From an uncultured Gammaproteobacteria bacterium (GTDB lineage Bacteria > Patescibacteriota > Microgenomatia > UBA8517): DNA of 64,000 nucleotides. The DNA lies in NCBI GenBank assembly GCA_964540475.1, contig CAZIMC010000001.1:345575-409574 (forward strand). Reading direction: 5' to 3'. The notes beneath the pieces are model-generated. The model saw only the letters and a program-made list of their open reading frames with translations. It did not search any database and was not told where the DNA came from. Within the stretch, counting starts at the first letter, position 1. Each line of letters begins with the position of its first letter. A program made the translations under genes and the position numbers. Positions 9,317-15,274 of this stretch are shown here, in pieces.

Positions 9317-10227
9317 GTATACACATAAAAACCGCCTTTGATTACATTAAACGATCGCCATTTCAGGCCATGGCTGCCATAACGGTGCTAACTTTGACTT
9401 TCTTTGTGGCTACAATACTGGCTGTTCTGGTTTACTCATCATCGAATGTTTTAAGGTATTTTGAAACACGGCCTCAGGTAATTGCATTCTTAAAGTCCAG
9501 CGTAACAGACGAGCAGGTAGTGGGTTTACAGAATAAGCTTACTGGTGACGGACGAGTTAAGAGTGTAAAGTATGTGCCGAAAGAAGAAGCTTTGGCTATC
9601 TACCAAAAAGCAACAGCAGACAATCCACTCTTGGGCGAACTTGTAAGTCCTTCGATTTTTCCGGCGTCACTTGAATTTTCGGTTGTTGAACTCGCCTTTG
9701 CTACCGATGTGATTGGGGAAATTGAGCAAGACGAGGCTGTTGAGTCAGTTGGTTTTACTGCCTCGCTGGGTGGGGAATCAAACATTGACGATGTTATAAC
9801 ACGCCTTAAGAACGTAACGTTGTACGTGCGCTACGGTGGTTTGGCGTTTGTGGGTTTTTTGGGAGCAGTTTCTCTTCTGGTTCTTCTAGTAATTATTGGA
9901 ATGAGACTGGCAACACGAAAAGAGGAAATCGAAATTCTTAATTTAGTTGGTGCAACGGCAGGTTTTATCAGGAGCCCGATTGTCTACGAAGCTTTTATAT
10001 ACGCAACAGCCGGTGTTGTTTTGGGTTGGGTAATGGCATTTACAATCTGGCTTTACGCAACGCCTGCAATCTTACAGTATTTTGGTGAAATACCGGTCCT
10101 ACCGGCGGGAACTACTAGCTTTTTCACACTCTTTTTAATAATTTTAGGAGCGGAGCTTCTTGTTGGCATCACTCTTGCGCTTATCGGGAGCAGCCTTGCT
10201 CTATCACGAGCTCTTAAGAACCGATGA
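9313..10227 (+). CDS. ftsX: Cell division permease FtsX
   Basis: The ORF overlaps the ftsE stop. It has an N-terminal TM, a large extracytoplasmic loop and three C-terminal TMs (FtsX topology). The block 'LNLVGATAGFIRSPIVYEAFIYATAGVVLG' resembles the FtsX core. Confidence 0.75.
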   Translation: MSIHIKTAFDYIKRSPFQAMAAITVLTLTFFVATILAVLVYSSSNVLRYFETRPQVIAFLKSSVTDEQVVGLQNKLTGDGRVKSVKYVPKEEALAIYQKATADNPLLGELVSPSIFPASLEFSVVELAFATDVIGEIEQDEAVESVGFTASLGGESNIDDVITRLKNVTLYVRYGGLAFVGFLGAVSLLVLLVIIGMRLATRKEEIEILNLVGATAGFIRSPIVYEAFIYATAGVVLGWVMAFTIWLYATPAILQYFGEIPVLPAGTTSFFTLFLIILGAELLVGITLALIGSSLALSRALKNR

Positions 10228-11381
10228 GAATCAAAATTATTCTGGCAGTTACTGCCACCCTTATTTTACTGGGTTTGCAGTTTTTTCAAGGTGCAAATAA
10301 TGTTTCAATTCAAGCAAAGACGCTTGAGGAAATTCAAAAAGAAATTGAAGAGTATCAAAATGAACTAGCCAGGCTTTCTGTTCAATCTAAGACTTTAGCT
10401 AATCAAGTGGCGCAATTTGATGCACAAATTAGATTAACTACATTGAAGATTTCCCAAACTGAGGAAAAGATTCTTCTCTTGGGTGGCAGGATTGACCAGC
10501 TTGAAAATTCACTGGACTCACTTACAAATGCCTTTTCTACAAGGGCGGTTGAAACCTATAAGATGAACAGACTTGGAGATGGTCTGTTTTTGCTTTTAGG
10601 GGCGGATGGCATAAACGAAGTGGTTTCCAGATATCACTACCTTCAAAGAATCCAGCAATCCGATCAGGATCTTTTGCAGCGACTTCAGAGGGCACAGACA
10701 ATTTATGTTGGTGAAAAAGAAGATCAGGAGGTTCTTCAAAAAGAGCTCGAGAAGCAAAAAGCAGAGCTGGATGATCAGAAAGCAGCTAAAGCCTTTCTAT
10801 TGCAAGTTACCCGGAATGATGAAGCTAAATACCAACAACTATTAGCTCAGGCAAGGTCTGAATATGAAGCTATTCAGGCAATTATAGCCGGGAAAGGGCA
10901 GGAGACCGAGGTGGGGCATGTTAGTCAGGGAGCAAGAATCGCCTCCATCATTCAGGGGGCGTCATGTAACTCAAGCGGAGCGCACCTTCACTTTATCGTC
11001 AGCAGCAACGGTATAACTCAAAATCCTTTTGCCCATCTTAAAGATGGCATTACTAACGAGAATTGCACTGGATCTTCCTGTGGCAGCGGCAATGGCGATC
11101 CTTTTAACCCAACAGGCACTTGGGATTGGCCAATTAGCCCAACAATACGCTATTCACAAGGTTATGGCGAAACTTGGGCAGTTAGAAACACATGGGTAGG
11201 AAGAATTTACAGGTTTCATAATGGGATTGATATAAACAGCTCCACATCCCCTGAAGTTCGGGCAGTTAGAAGCGGGACATTATACAGGGGAAGTTATAAT
11301 GTTGGTTGCGCGCTCCGGTATGTGAGGGTGGCGCATGATGACTCAGACCTTGATACCTTCTATTTACATATTAATTATTAG
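10224..11381 (+). CDS. Coiled-coil M23 family metallopeptidase (EnvC/PcsB-like FtsEX partner) with permuted M23 motif order
   Basis: The ORF overlaps the ftsX stop. It has a signal/TM, about 200 aa of heptad-rich coiled coil, and then M23 motifs 'SSGAHLHFIVSSNG' (HxH) and 'RFHNGIDI' (HxxxD), in that order. Confidence 0.7.
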   Translation: MRIKIILAVTATLILLGLQFFQGANNVSIQAKTLEEIQKEIEEYQNELARLSVQSKTLANQVAQFDAQIRLTTLKISQTEEKILLLGGRIDQLENSLDSLTNAFSTRAVETYKMNRLGDGLFLLLGADGINEVVSRYHYLQRIQQSDQDLLQRLQRAQTIYVGEKEDQEVLQKELEKQKAELDDQKAAKAFLLQVTRNDEAKYQQLLAQARSEYEAIQAIIAGKGQETEVGHVSQGARIASIIQGASCNSSGAHLHFIVSSNGITQNPFAHLKDGITNENCTGSSCGSGNGDPFNPTGTWDWPISPTIRYSQGYGETWAVRNTWVGRIYRFHNGIDINSSTSPEVRAVRSGTLYRGSYNVGCALRYVRVAHDDSDLDTFYLHINY

Positions 11382-11396
11382 AGTTAACATAAATCT

Positions 11397-12248
11397 ATGA
11401 AATTAGCACTAAAATTATTTTGCGGGATGTGCTTCGGATTTGTTGCTTTGGCAAGGGCTCCATCGTTAGTCAGTGCTCAAGTGGTTGTAAATGAAATTAA
11501 TCCATTTGAAGAGTGGGTTGAGCTTTATAAGACTCAATCAGGAGAAGTGAGCATGGAAAATTGTACAATATATTTCCACAACTCAACTTCTTCTTCTCAG
11601 AATAAAGCTTTTACTCCAGATGACAAATTTTTGGAAAATGAAAATTACAAAAAAATAGACACTGGTGCAACTTGGCTCGATAATAATAGTGACACAGTTA
11701 TTCTTGAATGCGATTGGGGTCAAAACTCTGTATCATATGGCACTGGGGGTGTGGTGGTTAAACCTCCTAATGGTAAAACTGTGGGACGATACCCAGACGG
11801 AGGAAGCGGTATTTATGTGTTGGATAGCCCATCGCCTTTAGCAGCTAACGCACTTCCGCCATCACCAACACCAACTCCCACTCCCACACCGACACCTACG
11901 CCCACACCCTCTCCTTCTCCTTCCATTGCTCCAACCCCTTCTCCTAAGCCCTCCCCTTCCCTTAAGCCTGCGCTTTCTCCCAGTCCGACAGCTACAGCTT
12001 CAGCCTCTCCCTTGGGTACAACATTTGATGAAGAAGAAGCCTTAGGCCCAAGAGGTGAAACATTGGGGATTGGAACATCTGCTTCAGCTTCACCAATGGT
12101 TGCTGGTGCCGAAACATCGAGTAGAAAATTTTCGCCGGTTGCAATTATATTAATAGTTGGCGGACTATTACTTGTGGGCTTTGCATTATTTATGTTCTTT
12201 AAGAGCTATCAAAAAGATAAACAAACTGGTGGACCTACCCCTGTATGA
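11397..12248 (+). CDS. Lamin-tail-domain (LTD) protein with Pro/Thr/Ser-rich linker and C-terminal TM anchor
   Basis: It has a signal peptide. The LTD-like start '[32 protein letters not shown]' is followed by the linker '[37 protein letters not shown]' and a C-terminal hydrophobic helix '[21 protein letters not shown]'. Confidence 0.5.
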   Translation: MKLALKLFCGMCFGFVALARAPSLVSAQVVVNEINPFEEWVELYKTQSGEVSMENCTIYFHNSTSSSQNKAFTPDDKFLENENYKKIDTGATWLDNNSDTVILECDWGQNSVSYGTGGVVVKPPNGKTVGRYPDGGSGIYVLDSPSPLAANALPPSPTPTPTPTPTPTPTPSPSPSIAPTPSPKPSPSLKPALSPSPTATASASPLGTTFDEEEALGPRGETLGIGTSASASPMVAGAETSSRKFSPVAIILIVGGLLLVGFALFMFFKSYQKDKQTGGPTPV

Positions 12249-12655
12249 AGAAAATAATTTATTATTGGTTGCCGGTTTTGGTTTGGGCTTTGATAATATT
12301 TACCTTTTCTTCTATAACGACCATTAAAACTACTGAAATATATTGGCAGGACTTTGCCTTAAAAAAATTTGCCCATATTACCGAGTATGCCGTCCTGACA
12401 TTTTTGCTTTATAGAGCATTCCTAAATAGTGGATTTAACAAGGAAGAATCAGGATTTTATTCAGTGCTGATTAGCATATTGTATGCATTTTCTGACGAAT
12501 ACCACCAGAGCTTTACTCCAGGGCGGGAGTCAACGTTACGGGATGTAATCTTTGATGCACTCGGGAGCGTTTTGGCAATTTATGTAATTTGGAAATTAGT
12601 ACCAAAACTGCCGGGGAAACTTAAGCTATTTGTAAATCGATTGCAAATAATTTGA
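12245..12655 (+). CDS. VanZ-like family membrane protein
   Basis: This 136-aa ORF has 4 predicted TMs and the VanZ signature blocks '[13 protein letters not shown]' and '[26 protein letters not shown]'. Confidence 0.6.
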   Translation: MKKIIYYWLPVLVWALIIFTFSSITTIKTTEIYWQDFALKKFAHITEYAVLTFLLYRAFLNSGFNKEESGFYSVLISILYAFSDEYHQSFTPGRESTLRDVIFDALGSVLAIYVIWKLVPKLPGKLKLFVNRLQII

Positions 12656-12721
12656 TTAAGTCCCAGAATCAGCTTTACTCGCGGCGCGCTTCTATTTATT
12701 AAACAGCCTGAACATGACTAC

Positions 12722-12750
12722 TTGACAAGGGTTAATGGCTTATATAACAT
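12722..12750 (+). promoter_or_regulatory. Sigma70-like promoter candidate (TTGACA-N17-TAACAT)
   Basis: TTGACA lies at 12722-12727 and TAACAT at 12745-12750 with a 17-nt spacer. The first ATG of the downstream ORF is at 12776. The ORF-track start at 12722 is a TTG that coincides with the -35 box. Confidence 0.3.
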
Positions 12751-12775
12751 TATCCCACACTTGCCCAATGAGAAA

Positions 12776-13492
12776 ATGAAGAATAAAGGGCAAACTATAA
12801 CTATCACACTACCATCATTCCCCATTCGAGAATACATCTCTAAAGTCAAAAATTATATGCTCTATCTTCTAAGTGAATTAAAATCTAAATTTTCCCTTAA
12901 TTTTACAAGAAGAACTTTAAATCCAAAAAACTTTTATGAAAAGAACAAGAACCTTAAAAGATATTTACCCTATATCATAATTGCGATTTTCGTTCTTCTT
13001 ACATTAATGTTGGGGGGTGTCGCGATTAGGAATATTTCAATTGCCTCTTCGAAACCGACAGTGGCTGATGCAAAAGCGAGTAACAATATTGGTAGAGAAT
13101 TTTCATTTCCCTTAGTGAATGCCAGTGGAGAAAAGGTAAGTGAGGTAAGGTTCGTATTTGAAAAAGCAGAGTTAAGAGACGAAATTATTGTTCAAGGCCA
13201 AAAAGCAAACTCAGTTAAAGGGCGAGTGTTTTTTGTACTGAATCTTAAAATTATCAATGAGCATAACCAGGCAGTTGAAATTAACACCAGAGATTATGTT
13301 CGACTTGCTGTATCCGGCAACGAATCAGAGTGGTTGGCTCCCGAGATTCACAATGATCCTGTTGAGGTTCAGCCCATATCAACTAAATACACAAGGTTAG
13401 GATTTACTATTAACGAGACGGATAAAAATTTGACACTTCGTGTAGGAGAAATTAGTGGGGAAAAGGAAGAAATAACAATTTCATTTAAATAA
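12776..13492 (+). CDS. Hypothetical secreted/membrane-anchored protein
   Basis: The ORF has a single TM ('YIIIAIFVLLTLMLGGVAI') after a basic N-terminus, followed by a beta-rich soluble domain. I recognise no family. Confidence 0.4.
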   Translation: MKNKGQTITITLPSFPIREYISKVKNYMLYLLSELKSKFSLNFTRRTLNPKNFYEKNKNLKRYLPYIIIAIFVLLTLMLGGVAIRNISIASSKPTVADAKASNNIGREFSFPLVNASGEKVSEVRFVFEKAELRDEIIVQGQKANSVKGRVFFVLNLKIINEHNQAVEINTRDYVRLAVSGNESEWLAPEIHNDPVEVQPISTKYTRLGFTINETDKNLTLRVGEISGEKEEITISFK

Positions 13493-13495
13493 ATT

Positions 13496-13675
13496 ATGCA
13501 TGACTTTTCTGTTAAGCAAATTTCACCGAAGCTTCTCTTGGAAATAAAAACAGCTCTTCAGAGTGTGGATGCATATGGGAGTGTAGAGCTTTATGTACAG
13601 GATGGTGTGGTTACGCAGGTAACCGTAAGAAATATCAGGAAAACAAACGGTCACAGATTGCAAAAATCAGTGTAA
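13496..13675 (+). CDS. DUF2292 (YezD)-like small protein, 59 aa, not in the ORF track
   Basis: It runs from ATG 13496 to TAA 13673-13675. The translation MHDFSVKQISPKLLLEIKTALQSVDAYGSVELYVQDGVVTQVTVRNIRKTNGHRLQKSV matches the DUF2292 pattern '...YGSVxIxIQDGKVVQIExxEKxR'. Confidence 0.45.
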   Translation: MHDFSVKQISPKLLLEIKTALQSVDAYGSVELYVQDGVVTQVTVRNIRKTNGHRLQKSV

Positions 13676-13687
13676 CTTTTGTAATAC

Positions 13688-13716
13688 TTGACAAGCTCTA
13701 CGTAGATTAGTATATA
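13688..13716 (+). promoter_or_regulatory. Near-consensus sigma70-like promoter (TTGACA-N17-TATATA) of the repeat-protein operon
   Basis: TTGACA lies at 13688-13693 and TATATA at 13711-13716 with a 17-nt spacer. This predicts a TSS near 13723 and a ~150-nt leader before ATG 13871. Confidence 0.4.
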
Positions 13717-13735
13717 TTAAGGGACACAACGAGCT

Positions 13736-13790
13736 GACCGCAAACGGAGGCTTTTCATCCTGAACAGGGGTGGGAAGCCTCCGTTTTCGT
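13736..13790 (+). promoter_or_regulatory. Conserved leader motif GACCGCAAACGGAGG plus leader hairpin (5' arm AAACGGAGGCTT / 3' arm AAGCCTCCGTTT); a second hairpin lies at 13812-13836
   Basis: A perfect 11-12-bp inverted repeat 'aaacggaggctt'...'aagcctccgttt' flanks a ~20-nt loop and is followed by 'tcgttt'. A second stem, 'ctccccgatt/aatcggggaa', follows at 13812-13836. The 15-mer recurs in the equivalent position upstream of the minus-strand paralog (19940-19954). Confidence 0.4.
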
Positions 13791-13870
13791 TTATAAAGCG
13801 TAAACGGATTTAGGTGAAGTGCTCCCCGATTTAATCGGGGAAACCAATCTAGAAAGGAGGTGAATAGTAT

Positions 13871-15172
13871 ATGAATTTATTTCAAAAGAAAGTCGCTTCT
13901 GCAATCGCTTCAGGTGCAATGCTTCTTAATTTAGTGGTACCGGCATTAGCTCAATCCACTACATTAGTCATTACTGGAAACGGTGCAGATTCTGAAAACA
14001 AGACAGACGTCAAGGTTACTACCTCGACGACAGTTACACAAAATAACGATGCAAACATTAGCAACAACGTAAACTCAAGCGCAAACACTGGTAATAATAC
14101 AGCTAGCAGAAATACTGGTGGTGATGTTTATGTTGGTACTGGAGACGCAACATCTGTTGTTTCAGTTGCAAACACTGCAAACAGCAATCAAGCAGACATC
14201 GACGGATGCTGCGGTAGTGATGTTGAGGTGCTCATTGGTCAAAATGGAGCCGACAGTAAAAACGATGCCAAACTGAAGCTCGAAAATACTGTTTGGGTAG
14301 ACCAAAACAATGATGCTAGTTTGCAAAACAACGTCACCTCCAATACAAACACCGGTGGAAATCGTACAAACAGAAATACTGGTGGTGATGTTGCCATCGA
14401 AACAGGAGATGCATTATCTGCGGTAAGCATTGAGAACAGTGCAAACTACAACTCGGCTAGAATTGGCGGAGGCAGTGGTAGCTCACTAAGTATGTGGATT
14501 CTTGAAAATGGTGCAGACACCAAAAACAAGATCGACCTTAAGTTTGAGAACTTGCTGGGAGTTAGACAATATAACGACGCAAATGTTTCAAACAAGGTTA
14601 ATGCTGACGCAGAAACAGGCGACAACAAAGCAAACAAGAATACCGGTGGCGAAGTATTTATCGGCACAGGTGATGCAGAAGTTGGAGTCTTAGTTGACAA
14701 TTTAGTCAACTTCAATTGGGCAGACGTAGAGTGCGACTGCTTGATGGATGTACTGGCTAAGATTGCAAAAAATGGCGATGAATCCAAAAATGAGATAAAA
14801 GCCAACCTGTCTGATACCAGATATGTTGCTCAAGAAAACGATTTCTCATGTGGAAAAGGTGGTTACGGATTGCCTTCAATTCTTTCATTACTCTTGGGTA
14901 AGAAGAAATCAGGAGGAGATTGTAACGACATAAACGCCTATGCCGGCACCGGTGATAATACCGCCAAGGCAAATACTGGTGAAGGTGACAGTGACCCTGC
15001 CATCGAAACCGGTAACGCAAGTGTCTTTGTTGAAGTTGAGAACACAGCCAATTCCAACGAAGTTGGAGCGGGTAGTGGCCCATCCTGGGAGTTTCCTCTT
15101 CCTGGAGGCTTTAGTTTCAACTTAAACATTTCCTTTAGCTTGGCACAATTATTGGCCGCTTTGGGACTTTAA
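13871..15172 (+). CDS. Secreted Asn/Thr/Gly-rich tandem-repeat protein (paralog 1), putative surface/fibre protein
   Basis: It has the SD 'gaaaggaggtga' and a signal peptide 'MNLFQKKVASAIASGAMLLNLVVPALA'. It contains at least 5 degenerate ~80-aa repeats of the form 'GNGADS.N...V.Q.NDA...NNV.S.ANTG.N.A.RNTGGDV.I.TGDA..V..V.N.ANSN'. Cys pairs (GCCG, CDC, C...C) lie between repeats, and the C-terminus is hydrophobic. Confidence 0.8.
   Translation: MNLFQKKVASAIASGAMLLNLVVPALAQSTTLVITGNGADSENKTDVKVTTSTTVTQNNDANISNNVNSSANTGNNTASRNTGGDVYVGTGDATSVVSVANTANSNQADIDGCCGSDVEVLIGQNGADSKNDAKLKLENTVWVDQNNDASLQNNVTSNTNTGGNRTNRNTGGDVAIETGDALSAVSIENSANYNSARIGGGSGSSLSMWILENGADTKNKIDLKFENLLGVRQYNDANVSNKVNADAETGDNKANKNTGGEVFIGTGDAEVGVLVDNLVNFNWADVECDCLMDVLAKIAKNGDESKNEIKANLSDTRYVAQENDFSCGKGGYGLPSILSLLLGKKKSGGDCNDINAYAGTGDNTAKANTGEGDSDPAIETGNASVFVEVENTANSNEVGAGSGPSWEFPLPGGFSFNLNISFSLAQLLAALGL
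13960..15060 (+). repeat. Degenerate ~240-nt (~80-aa) tandem coding repeats; similar repeats continue in the paralogs at 15640-17100, 17590-18330 and 19250-19750
   Basis: The protein-level periodicity is the 'NTGGD...TGDA' unit. At the nucleotide level some repeats share identical 21-mers, for example 'agaaatactggtggtgatgtt' at 14108-14128 and 14372-14392. Confidence 0.6.
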
Positions 15173-15274
15173 AAGACTTTTAGGACATTGGGTTGGCCTA
15201 TCCGCACTTCGGTAGGCCGCCCAAAAATCCTAAAAAAGTAATCAGTTTAGGAGTAATCCGGCAAGAAATTATTT

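Noticed and set aside
14239-15129. Multiple 60-120-aa minus-strand and alternative-frame ORFs inside the repeat-protein genes (14239-14430, 14446-14805, 14757-15083, 14938-15129, 15337-15570, 15841-16101, 16846-17103, 17320-17637, 18204-18529)
   Set aside because: They are artefacts of biased repeat or GC-rich PT-linker composition. They have no start context or family signal and lie fully inside well-supported genes.
15195-15218. GC-rich 8-bp hairpin 'ggcctatc-cgcacttc-ggtaggcc' after repeat-protein gene 1 as an intrinsic terminator
   Set aside because: It is followed by an A-tract (gcccaaaaatcctaaaaaag) rather than a U-tract on the + strand. It may still be a structural or attenuating element but not a canonical terminator.
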